Source: Oopsacas minuta
Lineage: Eukaryota > Animalia > Porifera
Length of the DNA stretch: 64,000 nt
NCBI GenBank assembly: GCA_024704765.1
Contig: JAKMXF010000306.1
Location: 248,001 to 312,000 of the forward strand
Direction: 5' to 3'
Shown: one piece after another, positions 1 through 14,650 of the stretch
Position numbering within the stretch: the first letter of the stretch is position 1
Layout: the number at the start of each line of letters is the position of its first letter
The notes under the pieces: model-generated
The model's input: only the letters and a program-made list of their open reading frames with translations
What the model was told of the DNA's origin: nothing
Databases searched by the model: none
Program-made: the position numbers and the translations under genes

Positions 1-1669
1 CTAAATTTTGAATTCGATCTCGATATTCACCATATTTAACTTCTAAGGCATTAATACCATTAGTGTAAAATTCCTCTCTTTGTTTGATTACCCAACCAAT
101 GAAATCAGTCACGATCTCTCCCCTTAAACATACATACTTCCTACCAAAGATTCGATATACTAAACAATGGTCATGTTCAGATTGTGCTGATACTACACAC
201 AAAACTAACAATGGACTACACTCCAAAAAGGTTTTATCATACGTACTTTTGCTACAGCTTGTGTGAGTAGTACACTCATCAATAAAGGAAGTTTCAGCGA
301 ATTGCAATAATCCAGAAACTTTTTGAGACAAAGACAAACCGTAAAACTTAGTGCAATCTGCCCCCAACTGAGATTCAGATGTATTTAACAGGTAATACAC
401 ATGACCTCCACTTAGTGATCTAAGAATTTCGGTATCGGAATCTCTCTTCAATCAGTCATACTCAACTAAATTGGAGGCTGTAGATGTCCACATAACAAGA
501 AGCATGTTGTCTCCTAAATCCAATGCAAGATCCAGTAAATTTAGGTTACTAAGTGAGGAAATTGAATCGGAAAACCCACCTATACTTCTACATACATCTT
601 TAATGAGACTAGACGTAATGAAAGATCTTCTCATGGAAATCCCTATCGTTGTAATCTTAACAGGATTACTACAAGAGTAGACTTTACTAATTGTTCCCCA
701 AAATGATGTAAGTATGCGACCACTGATAGACAGCTTGTGGATAGAAGCATGAAAATAATGAAATGTGGAGATAATTAAGTTTACCATGAGTATAATATGA
801 ATAAGAATACCTGGCGTTTGGAAACAACAGTTTTGACTATATTGTAGGTGGTTAACATATCATGATTTAATTAATTGCTTTGTTCGTGATGTGCATCCTG
901 AGTTGGAGTGATAGGTCCTGGATTAATCTCGATGCCATCAATGATGAGGAGAATAGAGACAATACAAGCAAGAAGAGCAGAATACAGTATGGATGTAGCC
1001 GACTAAGCGAAGAGCGAATCAGAAGAAGAACCAAGATTATTCGATTACCTGAGAGAGCGCAAGTCAATCCGAGCACGCCATAAATCAATGGAAATCACGA
1101 ATATACGTAAAAGTAGAATATGTTGGATAAAAACGACAATGCCGCTTGTCAAGAAAAGCAAAGAGAATAGCAAAAAGCAAAACCAAGCACAATAAACAAT
1201 AAACAAACATCAGAAATACTGAAGTACGATTCAATATGGGAGAAGCTACATATATGATTATTTACAGATATGCATATTCCATTGTGATGGATAAAAATAG
1301 AAAATATAATTCGCTATTTCCGAATTTTGTGGTTTCATCATCGTTCGTTGCAGCAACATTTGAATGGGAAACATGAGATGAGTTATAATATATTGCTTTA
1401 CGCGATGAATAACAGTCATGCTGGTCAATCTCCTGAGATAGCCTAGTATTGTACTAGGCAACGCGAATAATGAAATGTGACTAGTGGTAAAAATATTTCC
1501 ACAAAATATTATTTTCTAAAATTCAATTCGAAAGTACTAGTGACCCCTGTTATTTTTAAAGGAAATTGAATGATATAGTATAAAAGAAGGAGCCTGTAAA
1601 GTTTCAGGCGATTTTGGTAATTAATTATTGTTGAAATTTGAATCTAAATTGAAATTTGAAAATACATAA

Positions 1670-1703
1670 AACGATATTTTGCAATTTTTAGAACCCCATT
1701 GTG
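1670..1703 (-). repeat. Orphan Transib-type terminus
   Basis: Reverse complement reads CACAATG GGGTTCTAA AAATTGCAAAATAT. It shares the heptamer and AAATTGC(G/A)AAATAT with the 5' TIR of the intact Transib. No partner end found. Confidence 0.4.
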
Positions 1704-2499
1704 GCTGAATCTCTCAGAACTCCATGATTATACCGATATTATGGTAACGTCCATGTCTCAGCTATCGATTGTTATCAAAATATAACAGTTAGAGTTCGGT
1801 TTTGGATATCAAATACCAATTTGAACTGATACTAGTTTTGGTAACATGATACCCACTCCCCTTCAATACAACTGAATTTAACTTTGAATACTTGTATCTC
1901 CTCGAGTTTTATGAATTTTTTGATGAAATTCAATTTACATAAACGTCTATGCATTACAAATAGAGACAAAACATTTCAGATTCTAATTCTCAATTTTAGG
2001 TCGTCTTTTCTAATAGAGCAGTGACTCTATTTTTTATCACAAAACAAGATAGTTCAAAGTTAAAATACTGAAAGAAAATTCTATTTTATTTAACGTCCAA
2101 CCCTCCCCTACCGAATGATATTAATATTGGGTGAATCCAATGAGTACAAGTAGGACAAATTTTTGATTGAAATGACCTGGTAGAATATCTTGCTAACTTC
2201 ACAATCGTATTTTCTGGGCCTTTTTAATCATATTTTGTTTACCCAACTTTAATTCCTATTAATATACTTTCAACCTTCAATATACTATCAAACTTATACT
2301 GGGTATAGTTATAATGTTACTTTTACAGCTAATACCCAATTTAATTGAATTTTCATTAATTTTCTATACTTAAACTTTGTGATGATACACCATCATTAGA
2401 GGTTATATTATATGAATAATGTGAACTTATTATGGTGTGAACTTAACTTTCTCGCAATTTCTCGCACTATTCAGGATATCACTCACATAGCACACTTAA

Positions 2500-3480
2500 T
2501 ATACTATCCTATAAATAGTTGTTCAGCAAAGTTCAGCAAAACCTCACACAGAGCCTTGAAGTTACTAACATTGATATTCTGAGAGGAATTAGTTACAAGA
2601 AGAAGAGCAGAAATATTTCTATGCAAAAATTTAGGATTTTCAGGGTCTTCTTGAGGTATAAAGGAAGTCCCTGTTTTAAAACAGAGATCATCAGAAGAAT
2701 ACAAACGAGCTGAAATTACCAGTGCTTACTCCTCCAGGTTAGCCAAAATCTATTCTTGACTTCTTTAATCCGTTGTATAATCAGTTTATGGCCTATCCTA
2801 ATATTTACATGATCAGCCAAGCCACGTTTCCCCCTTGCTTCCGGTATATTATTTCAGGAACGAATCAAGTGTACGTTAGTATGAATGTAAGGGTCCAATA
2901 GGAAGTACTTCATTTGAATTTGCAGGTTCATGACTGATTCCAACTCGTTGTCGGGAATGATAAGCTATAAGCACTTTTCCATCAGAAGTTAGCTCTCCTG
3001 TAGTATCTTTGATGGCTTGCAACGTGCAGTTGTATGTAAAGCCTGCTACTACAATTTCAGGATCTGATACATTAGTTTGACCTGCGAAGCAACACAAACA
3101 AGCTGTGCCACCACGACCGTAAATACGGCATGCATTTTACCATCTAACTTTGAGGCCTTAATTCAATATTCACAAAACCACTTTCATTTTCGAATCCTTT
3201 TGAAACAAGCTTCTCTATTTGTGGATTGAAAAATTCTTCAGCAGTGACACTTTCAATTTTCTCTTTTTGAGATAACAATGCGATTAGCTGGTTGGAAAAT
3301 CTAGAATTTGGGTATTGATTAGACCAGATACTATTCCTTGATGATCTTTCAATTCAAGAGGAGAAACCATAAACAAGAGAAATTATGAACGATTACGAGC
3401 TGTTTGAGGTCTAAGATTAAACCGAGTCACCTGAAATGGAAGTTCTTCACATCCTTTGTGAACGTTGGTAATTGTGAATC
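2500..3480 (-). pseudogene. Decayed Transib/RAG1-like transposase (second, divergent family)
   Basis: Manual translation across frameshifts and stops gives FLLFMVSPLELKDHQG..NQYPNSRFS..LDGKM..GRGGTACLCC..VGISHEP..IGPLHSY*RTLDSF. These blocks are collinear with FLLFGFKVLSITNHQG..PNSPFS..IDGKM..GAGGACCQFC..LTHAP..SPLHAYLRCFSWF of the 709-aa ORF. Confidence 0.75.
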
Positions 3481-4000
3481 GATTCCAGGTATTTCTCTAA
3501 TTATTCTACTTCACAAATTGACATCTACCCTAGCACTTCGATGGCTCTTTATGGTATCCAGAAATGTTTCATTTACTTTGTGAAGTGTAAGACATTTATA
3601 GCTTTGTGTGACAATGATTATGTGAACTAATTTTGATATACAGTATTTTAGGGTTAAATATATATATATATTTGTAGTTGACATAGTATCACATTCCTAT
3701 ACAACATATCCGAGTCACAATGTTATGATTCATACAAGATTTGGTTACAATTCACAATGACTAATGCCTTGCATAATTCCTAGTGTTTGTTATTGCAATA
3801 AGTTACTATTAAGAATATCTTATATAGTAATGGAATATAAGAAACCAAATAAATTTGAATATTTTTGGAAATTTAATATGACGTAATAATTTTCAAATGC
3901 TAACTCATTCTCTAAATCTGACATTGCAAAAAATTTGTCATTTGTTTAAACCACAGTAGCCAAAAATTCAGAGGAAAATTATACTTTTTTATGTGCTACT

Positions 4001-4030
4001 GGAAATTTTCACCCAAAATAACCCATTGTG
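4001..4030 (-). repeat. Probable 5' TIR of the decayed Transib
   Basis: Reverse complement reads CACAATG-GGTTATTTTG-GGTGAAAATTTCC: the same heptamer plus second block (GGTGGAAATTGC) as the intact element, upstream of the decayed ORF in the same geometry. Confidence 0.6.
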
Positions 4031-5395
4031 TTCTCGATTTCTCAACTGCTAATTATCTAATTACTCAGAGGTTACTTGTGTGCCATATATCTAATGCTAC
4101 CAGTTTCTCTTCTTATTGTATATAACCTTGAAGCGATATTACCCAATTCATATCCCATTGAGAATTTCACGAAAGTGGAACAGCACATACATTTTAAAGT
4201 GTGTCATTGGATCATAATCATGGTCTGTCTCATATCTTCTATTCGTTTATTATATTAATGCTGTTTCTGCGCCTATAAAGCTTATTATCTAGCTATGGCA
4301 TTTACATTCATTTCAATCAGTTGGCCGGGTTACTATGTGGAATGCAACCATTATTATCTCCAGGAAATGTTAGTTATCTTTTGGAATTTTACACCTCCAG
4401 AATGCAAGATTATTCTTTTCATTGCATTTGGGAGGGAATACCTAGCTATAGGGATCCATAGGAGATGCACTGGACCCTCGAGAACTAACAATATATATGC
4501 ACTCTTGAATAACAATCCTTGTAGCTAGTTACTTGCTCTTTTCTTCATTGACGTACATCAATCCAGTAGAATTATTGTTTGCATGTACTTCTGGTCATAT
4601 GAGTAAAGAAATCTTCAGTCTCCCAAACAAGTCTCAAGATATGCTCGCTTAATACTTCTTGTTACTGGCCCATCCTTGGTATCAATCCTGAATGCTAACG
4701 TTAATATTGGTCTACTTTTATTCTGTATACATGTAGGAGCTTATCAACCACTTTTCTGACACAGCAAAAGCTTTCTGAAATAATTATAGAAAAGCTGCAG
4801 TACTGCTCATCATGAATCCCAACAAAAATGATTTTCTGCTATAATTCTGTCAAGCAATTTGTTATGTGATTATATTTAATGATTCATGAGAAATTAGTTA
4901 ACATCTTCAAAAAAGGTACATTATGCTCTGCTTAAACGAAATGACTCCGATCGAGTACTTTGCTTTTATCAGAGTTTACTGAATTTAATATATTCATGCT
5001 TCTTGTTGATTTAATATATCATATTCTTGAGTGCTAGTGTACAAGTTTACTCATATGAGGAGATGAATTTCAGAGATCTTTTCTTTGGGTAACAAATGAG
5101 GTATGCTTTCAAGCCTAAACTGAGTTCATTTGCTTATATGCGATTTATAAACTCCTCGAACTAGTGCTGCCCAATTTCTAGTGGTATGTTAAGACTCCAA
5201 TACACTGAATAATTGTTTCAATTGTTTCTTACTGGCGAAAGTCCAAAGGCATAAGCTGGATGGCTAACACATATAAATGCATATGTCTATGAGTGGAGAA
5301 GAACTCAGGTCTTGATGGCTTACAAAGACTTGTCTGAAATATATGTACTATAATCAATTTCTATATCTTTGTCAGACTTTCTTTTGTTATATTTA

Positions 5396-5491
5396 CACCA
5401 TCCAGCTATCTTGTCACCTCTAATTGCAATCTATTTGTAGTTTTTGAGCCAAAATATACTACAAGTGAGGTGACAAGATAGCTGAATGGTG
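5396..5491. repeat. 96-bp hairpin / mini-MITE
   Basis: 25-bp arms CACCATCCAGCTATCTTGTCACCTC (5396-5420) and 5467-5491 match 24/25 as inverted repeats; an inner TTGTAGT/ACTACAA stem is also present. Confidence 0.7.
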
Positions 5492-8400
5492 CAAGTTTAT
5501 GTTCCTTTAGTTGTAGTAACTGTCGTGCCCTCGGCATACACTTCTATATTTAAGTTTGTGTGAAGAGTCTAAATTCTAGATTCGGAAATTTGAAATTAAT
5601 GGAATCAAATATTTACGAGCTTGAGGCATTCATTGTTGCATATCTGACTCTTCGACTCGTAAGTGACAGCCATTTCCAATTTTTATCAACTGCTAGAATT
5701 GTAAATGTGACCCCTTAAACAGTGGTTCCAAGCTTGCGTCCATGCCCCTTGATGACCAACAGAATGAATCGTTTCAACACAACGAACCTGGAGCAGAGTA
5801 TCACTGCAAATCCCAGAATAAGGATCTCAAATTGTAATGATGTAATTAAACACGTAAAATTGTGATTAATTTTAGACCAGTGCTATATCTATTCTGGGAT
5901 TCTCAATGTATCTTGTATTTATATTTAGATTTCTAACATTCAATTTGATTAAAGTAACAGTATAAATAGGGAATGAGGATTGAATAAATATCCGAGCTCA
6001 TAGTTTGATGTTAACCTCATATCAGTTATATCCTCTCTTTATGCATTGTCTTAAACCACTTCTCACATATCTTTAACTTTTGGAAAAGTAAATTCGGGTA
6101 CGATGTTCCTAGGTCTTGTAATTACAACCTGATACCTCCAAAACATCATCGGTTCTCTCAAAATATGTGTTCAAGCAAATAAGTCAACAAGTAAAATCGA
6201 TTGAAAACAAGAAAACAGTTAGTTTAATTTATTTGTATGTAGTAATAATGGATGTATTCAGATCTTTGTGCAAGATTTGCATCAACTTTGATATGCTGGA
6301 TCCGATAATGTAGTCCAATATGCTATAACACCTCGCAATTTTCTTATGTTCATCATGAAAAATGGGGAAATTGCTAAATTTCGAATTGAATTTCATATTG
6401 ATCAATTTGATTTCTCAACTTCAATGAATTGTCGAACCTTAGTAAAATTAACTCACTAACAATCTACAAGAGCTCTGTAGAACTAAACTGCGAAATAACA
6501 CTCCATAAATCATATTTTGTATTTGTTTTTTTCACTATGATGCAAATTATTTGATTTCCTTCCCAAAATTACCAGTTTTGGCTAAATAAAGATATCTCCA
6601 ATTATATATGTGTCACAAATACCCTATTGTTCACTAATATCTTGTATTTCCTTGGTAATAACTTCAAAAAATATAAATTATTCACAGAAGATTTACAATT
6701 TTGACATTTTGCAAGTCGGATAATGTTAAATTGTTGCGTAATAGAGAATTTGTGGACTTCAGATTTGGAATCCCCACAGAGAATTTGTTGGGTGAATATA
6801 TATTTCACACTTGATGGGGAAGTAGAGTTAAATTTTGTTGACCTGTGTAATACTTGTCTATTTTAGGGGAATAGAATTCGTATTTCATTGATGAATATGT
6901 TGGTAGTGATGGCCTTCATGTAAATACCCAGCATAAGAAACTAACAAAGGATATACGGCCTCAAGAATAAGCCACCCACATTATTTCATCACGAATACCG
7001 ACAGACTTTATGAGGTTCACTGTATTTGTATCCGTCTATAAAGTAGATTATCATAGCTTCCTGTTACTAGATTTAATAGACAAATTCAACTGGATACGGG
7101 CATCTCTGTACATTGAAATCTGGTACACCTACAATCCGTTGCAGGATAATTTGGTGCACGTAGAGTTCGTTATACCCTTACATCACTCTTTCCTTAGATG
7201 AGATTCCTTTCCATTTGTCACTTTGGAAATAATACATCTTTTAATTTAAATATGTTGTATTGTGAACCACGTAATTACGAGTTGGAATCTTCAATTCTTT
7301 CCTGGAACAGCGATTAATCAGAAGTGTATTGTGGTTGCCTAATAGGCTCATATGTTGGAAATGTTAAGTCTACTAAAACGCGAAATATTGAGATTTGATT
7401 TCAAAGTTCAATTACGAAATATCCATGATATATTTTTATATAGAATATCAAAACATTGCTATGATAAAGTTGGCTAGTTCGTGAGTTACAGGTGAAACCA
7501 TTGATTAAAAAATAGGTTTCAAACATTCATTATTGAACATTGAAATCAATGCTTATTATTTCACGTTTATACTCCTAGCATTTTCCCAACATATCAGCCT
7601 ATTCGGAGTTCACATGATGTCTTTTCGACCTGAGAATATTTTCTAGATTTGGAATGTTTGATTCAGCAAATAATATTTGCGATACTTGCTTCACTATCAT
7701 TTCGTATATCCCCAGATAATTACTTTGAAATAATTACAATGCATCTCTTATTTACTTCTGATCCATAGATTATGTGCTTTCCTGTCCCTATTTTAGGTAG
7801 TTCACGTAATATGTATATAACACATCTACAGTAGAGTCTCGTGAATACCTACACTGTTGAGGCGTAGCTCTGCATAAGGAGTACAAATTTGTACACTTTA
7901 TCAGTTAACCCAATGACTTCAAACTTATACCGTCGAGCAGATGCGTGCAAAAGCTTAATAAAGGATGTTTCTTGTTTGGCCAAGAATATATTAGTGATGT
8001 AACTCACTTGCAATGTGAGAAAAATATCTGCACAACTATGTCGTCTGATACGCGTATAAGATTTAATACGTATTGAACCTTTAATATATCATAAGTGGTC
8101 TATTTGAAAGTAATATGCTTCTATGTCAAACTCAATTATGAGATTTGACATCGTTTATCTGGGATATAAGTCACATAATTATCAGTATTTTATAATATGT
8201 TCAACTATGTAAGATTTCTCATTAACAATTCGGGAACTACTGTTTTGATGCAAAATATTTATTGCAGAAATCGGCATAATAGGAATTACATCACCACAAA
8301 TTGTAGATTAAACCTATCATGGGTATTCAAATACTTGTTATCCGTATTACTTCTTTATTTTAAGGCTATTAAACAATAGGTACAAAGCAAGTATGCACCC

Positions 8401-11399
8401 ACTGGATGTTGATAGTGAAAGGAACTAACGTTTTATTGTCTCGAAACTAACTCTGTAATCAAACTTAAGGCCAATCAAACCAAGATATCACCCATCACAT
8501 TATCGCTTAAAACTTATGAAAATTGACCCATAGTGCAGCTACCAATCTGCCCAAAATCGACAACCTGGAACGAACCGTACGATGTCAGCGGCGGCGGGTA
8601 ATACACCATGTATATCCAAAACCTCTCATTCTTACGAACCGTTTGTTACCTATCGAATATTAGCAAACTAATAGAGGCGACTAATTCATTCTCATTCACT
8701 CAGTTTAGGAACATTCAAATCAATTCATAATATGTGGACTCATTTATATAGTGGGTTCCTAGGAAATACTCAAATTTATATCCAGGACCTAGTTCATGAA
8801 TACTTCTTAGGTATTCCAAAGGTTCGTAACCCTGCAATCTATAGTATGTATTACAACTTTCTATAACAAATTACATCAAAGAGTTAAAAGCCTTCTACAT
8901 AATGAGTTAAAATATCCATTCTATAGATATCAAAAAATATCATCACATGCTACATCAATTAGAGGCATTTGAGATACCTCAAAATGGACCCTCGGATCTC
9001 TTTTCTAAAGTTTGGTCAATCTTGGTAACTCATTCATTCAACAAAGAATGTGATAGATTGCTATGCCAGGACCTAATGGTTGCTTGTCAAACTCGATTGA
9101 TTCCACATAATCCAAATTTCTGTTATCGTCTGGCGTATGTGCAATGATATTTTTATGCGAAAATTTCCATATTCTGGCCTCACTACAAGATCTCTCTGAA
9201 CATCTATATTCTTGAATTGTAGAAAGCAAATCTATTGTTGTAAATATCCTATTGAAGTATCATACTTCAATAGAAACACGGAAGCGTATGTAATTGTGAA
9301 TCGGATGTTGTTCTAAATACAACATAGGATGCAGTGTTCGGCCAAGAATTGGATAGAGTACGGCACAATAGTGAATTGTATATTATGTGTATACTTTAAT
9401 TTGTTGATTGAGTTAAATTATCTTTCGAAAACTCAAATCTAATCTTCTAATTACCCAGTCTATTTTCTGGGAGTTTTCTATATAATAGTATACCTCTCAA
9501 CGCCTAGGGATAATAAATAGAATGATGCCTTGCATTAGTTTGAATTTGCATGTAAGCGTTCGTTCAAGTGTTCAAATATGTAGATGTTCGTTCAGCTATT
9601 AATATTTACATTAGTTTTACTTTCTCATTATATAGATGATAGTTCTACTCCCCAAAATAAATCTTAGTTTTACTTTTCTGATATGTAGAATGTAGATATT
9701 AGTTCAACTCACAATATTGCAAATCGACGTTAGTTGGACCATTTGGTAGTGGTTAGTTCCATTACAAGAAACAAAGGACGCTGCATGAGGTTATTGTCTG
9801 CTCAAGATATTGTTGAGTTGGACAAACTATTATTTGGTTCAAGCTTAACATTATATAACTTTTTATGGTCGATAAATGTGAGTCATCGGGTTGTCCTTGT
9901 TTAGAATTGTTGATATTGACTTTTAAGACACTTATTCTGTACCTCAAATGCTTTTAATCAAAGTAGCAAATATTGACATTTTTGGATATGGGTAGGGTGG
10001 TTATGATGATTTATTTTGTAGATCACTGTCAACTCTACACATATTTTGTATTTTTGTATAGTGTAAGTTATTGTACTCAAAATATTATCCAGGGTTACGA
10101 ACTTGTTGAATGACCCACTAACTCACATTTTTAGTTTTTGTTCCAAATCTATGATGTTAGTTCTGAGGGAAATCTTGTCATTAATTTTATGTTGTGAGAA
10201 AAGTCAGAGAAATGTTCTGTCCCTGCTCGCAGCCTGTGAGTAATTCGCCCTCTCTTTTGATAATTAGTATTGCTCCCCAAGTGCTAATATTTGACTAACT
10301 ACTTATATCTTACATTACTCTTCTAAATTGTAATTTGATAGAGAATTTCCAAATTTCAATAGAAATTCAACATAAATTGTTGGAGTATTTTCACCCTCCC
10401 ATCATTATTCAAAATTTTCCATCCAAAAATCCATGAAATTTATTTCATTTTGATTTTTTATATTTATTTGTGTGTCTATTCCAAAGCTTCACAATCTTTT
10501 GTCACTAACGAAATTTTTCCTCTACTACAATGGTAGACCCCGAAATATTTATTAACGTTATGTTATAAATTTTATGAATATTTTTCCACTAATAATTGAT
10601 AATACCTATCCTATTTTTCAGAAAGAATTTGATTCTGAATACTATCACCTAATATTTGATGGAGATGTTCGTGCTTCGTGAGATCACACTGAATATTGTG
10701 GGAAGTTCAACATGTAGAAATATGACTCTCTAATATATAGCAATACCTTGAATTTTTCCGGTCAAAAGCATTCATTAGCCTAAAATAATTCACACGCACC
10801 CCAACTTTCGTTCGCTGGTCATTGGTTTGGAATCCCTAGTCATAGCCTACAGACCAACACCTATTGTAAACACTCGTATTGCAGTATTTGGATTGGTCAG
10901 TTTTTGTATATAATTCCTTTATTGGATAATTGGGGCATCTTTTGCCTAAACACATGTATTACCTAGTGTAGAGACTCAAATTTTGAACCTATATATGCTA
11001 AGAATTCGGGAATTGTTAAGGTATATTTTAGGACAGCATTTATTTTTGAAATTCTTTCTTTGATACCTGTGCAACGTGAAATATTGCATTTTTCATTTGG
11101 CAGTGGATATCTAAATGATTTCTCGATACCGGTACATAAATATCAAATTATTTGCAAAATTGGCTCGTTCTTGAGTTACATTGGACATTATGATGACACA
11201 CTTGAATGTTCAATTATTACTCTATAATCGTGAAAGATTGTGAAGATATTTCCAAGTAATTTTCTACTAGTCTTCTAATGCCATTGTTGCACATTTGATG
11301 TGAAAGATGGAAGAATGGTGAGCAATCTTAAAATGACTATGTGCAGGTACCGTCACATTTCTGAATTATCACATCAAAATGCATCATAGTGGTGTGTGA

Positions 11400-11585
11400 A
11401 GTCGTGGGTATTCTACAAATAGGGTTTCTGAGTTAGACATCAAAGACCTATATTCTACCCAATGCATACTTACTAGACATTCTGGAAATTCTTTGGCACA
11501 TAATGGGTACAATTGGGTTGTTCTAACAACTGCAAAATACATCACTGAAGCAAAATTTACTTATGCGACAATAGAGAAACCATGT
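11400..11585 (+). pseudogene. Possible LTR-retrotransposon RNase H remnant
   Basis: Translation LAHNGYNWVVLTTAKYITEAKFTYATIEKPC resembles the Gypsy RNase H motif LT.AE..YATIEKE. Short and degenerate. Confidence 0.25.
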
Positions 11586-13487
11586 ACCTAACCGCTTACT
11601 TCTAATACTCCATCCCTGGTACCAAATTTGAAGTTACTGTTTCCCTTTGTATTTAGTACACCATGCCCTTGTCCCCTCTAATGTCAAAACTGAGAAAAAT
11701 GCAGGCCGTACGCAGGTAATTTCCCTGCATTTAATAGGGTGCAAATTAATTAGTTTTCATGATTTTTAAGGGGCGTAGCTTCACTTGTCTGCCGAAATTT
11801 GGTTGGATGCGGTTCCATATGTGTTCTTCTTAATGCGATAGGTTGTTATAATAGTTGGGGGACTGAATACTTTTGCACTTTGCCCAAGAAGTAATTGCTT
11901 CCTTGCAACAGCTGCAGCTCCATTTCCTCACAGATTCAAAGAATGACATACACAAGAGGATAGAGAAAAGTGGATTGCTTTGTCATAGTATGGATCGAAC
12001 ACCTTTCCGTGCATCCCTCATTGCTGCAGCATCACCATTTCCTTGACCCCGGCAGTCTTCTTATTGAACATTTTGTCTTTCAAGAAAATTACGAATCATT
12101 TTTGCTATTTCTTTCGTTTTAGTATTATTTGTACGGTATAAAATCGTTCTATACTTAATATTCATCCTTTTGAGATACGAAGAATGAAGGTCTCTTTTTC
12201 CAAACAAGAATGTTCGAGCATTGCATCATCGATTATTGAGTAGTATTTTACCATATTCTCTTTCATGAGTATCAGACTTTCTGACCTTTTACCCTAGAGT
12301 TCACTGAATTCATTTTGAGAGACATTAGATAACAATCTTCTTGAAGACGTTTCGCTTTGGCATTTCAATTTGATCTCTCAGGCTGCTGTCATAATGAGAT
12401 AGTAGTTCTGGATTTCCAAGTATCCTCCGAGGTTTGAATCTCTCTGAAAGTCAAGTCCACTCTGCCTAAGGAATAATATAAGGTTAGAATTCTTGTGGGT
12501 AGATCTAGTCATTTACTTAATTGTTTTGAAGAATTCGGATGAATTAGTTTTCAATCCCTGTGCAAATTCTGAAACCATATTTAGCTGTTTCCACTCAAGC
12601 TATCAGTCTTTGTTTGCTCCCAGCTTCACAAGACCTCACTTTGCTGTAAATCTATATCAGTCAATATATACCATAACTTTGTGATGTGGTTATTTCTTGC
12701 AAAGTCGTGTGATTAATCTTTTATTAGGGTAAGTATACAGGGAAACAGGTGACATATTTGCATGAATTTACATGGTGGGATTTCCCTAATTTTTGTTCAC
12801 GATTTGATATTTTGGTGTACAGTATCCAGAATGGAAAGTTTTCTTTAAATGATAGTAATTTCTATTAGAAATTGATGCATTTAGTTGTACTTAAATTAGT
12901 TTATTGTTCCTGAAATAAACGTGTACTCCTGTAAGACGTTTGCATGTTTACAATGTTAACCTGAAATACTTAGAACTTTTGGAGATATTTATGTTTTCTA
13001 ACTGACTTGTTTGTATCCAGTTTCAATTAGATTTGTACTATAGCAGACGGCACTATCAGCTAATATATCGCTAAGTTGAATTATTGAATTACTCAGTGGA
13101 TTACAGAATATTTAACCAAGTTATATATTATGCATATAAGGTATAGTACTTATTAAACTTATAATACGTTATAGATTACCTATTTAAACGTATTATAGGT
13201 CTATGTTAACGTCGAAATCTGAGATTTCACAATTGTTAGTCATTTATAAGTCACATTATTTTCAAGTATTATATATTCTTGTCAACTATGCGGATATTTC
13301 GCTTTAACATTTCCAGAACTATTGTTTTGATGCAAAATATTTTCCAGATAACAGATTGAGGTATGCTGTTAATGAAACATGTAGCATCCTAATGCGAAAT
13401 TATATCTTCTCTTTGCCGCTTCATATATAGATTCATAATGATGGGTTCCTAAACAAAGTGTATAATCGTGACCGACGAAACATAAGC

Positions 13488-14650
13488 CCTAGGTACAAAA
13501 TAAATCTTTGGTCCCGGGATCCGTTACAATGGTAATAGTCATTTTATCTTAAGGGTTCAATTACTCATCATTTTAATTATCAATCCGGATCTTCAATTTA
13601 ATAAAGCTATGAGGGACGATAATGGAGAAAGTACATTATTTATATCTAATTTTGAGGTTATTTGTACTTTTGTACAAGTTATAATATCAGGTAAATATAC
13701 ATAGTGGATTTCTCACAATTACAAATTATCAATGTAGTTATTATGTCTAAGCTATTTTAAACTTCGTAGATTTATAATTTCTTCTTCTCTTGATGCGATT
13801 AGAGCGTTCACTGTCTTTACTTTGTTAGATAATAAGCAATTTGTTGTTAATTTAATTAATATTTGTGACATACCCCTTCCCAATCTCAAACACACTAGAC
13901 ATTTCTCTCCCCACCTTCACTTTCATTCTCAATAATAAAATGTAGCAAGCTGGATATGAATTAATCTGAAAGTCCAGTTATCAAGTTGACGATAAAATTG
14001 GGATGTTCTGTTTTTACAAATATTCTCAACAGGTAAATAGTGACTTCGAGTACGCTATCTGAAGGCCAAATATGATATCCCTATACACCAATGATATTCA
14101 AATGGACGTACTCAAAGTAGTCTACAATCTGACTAACTACATTATAGAACTAAAAGATATATCTGCTTTGTAACTTGATTTAACAACTTACAAAGTTTGG
14201 ATTTTGTCGCTGGCTGATGCAGTGACTCATATTTCGAACATTTAAATGTGAGACCTGCTTCTTCAGCTTGCTCGACATCGTATTGCTGAGAATGAATGTG
14301 AAGATTGACTAGAGTAATATCTAGCGTGTAAGAGATTGTGATGCACAAAATTCAACAACAAATTGCTTATTATCTAACAAAGTAAAGACCGTGAACGCAT
14401 TAATCACATCAAGTAATTGTAGAAATCCATTATGTATCTTTACCTGATATTGTGACTTGTAGAATTGTATAAATAACCTCAAAATTAGATATAATTTTGT
14501 ACTATTTCTATTATGGTCCTTCATAGCTTGATTAAAATGAAGATCTCGATTGAAAATTAAAACAATGAGTAATTCAACCCTTAATATATAATTAATGAGT
14601 ATGATCCTTGTTACAGATCACGGATCCAAAGATGTATTTTAGTGCCTAGG
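13488..14650. mobile_element. Old ~1.16-kb foldback element
   Basis: 13488-13853 is a diverged reverse complement of 14347-14650 (e.g. TTTGTTAGATAATAAGCAATTTGTTG vs CAACAAATTGCTTATTATCTAACAAA). The left arm has a ~60-bp extra segment; spacer ~490 bp. Confidence 0.75.

Noticed and set aside
860-1250. Possible LTR-retrotransposon 3' end
   Set aside because: Purine-rich with a short ORF, but no identifiable integrase motif or LTR pair.
4450-5390. Possible MULE transposase remnant (also a SWIM-like piece near 9800-9900)
   Set aside because: Only vague motif resemblance in heavily broken frames.
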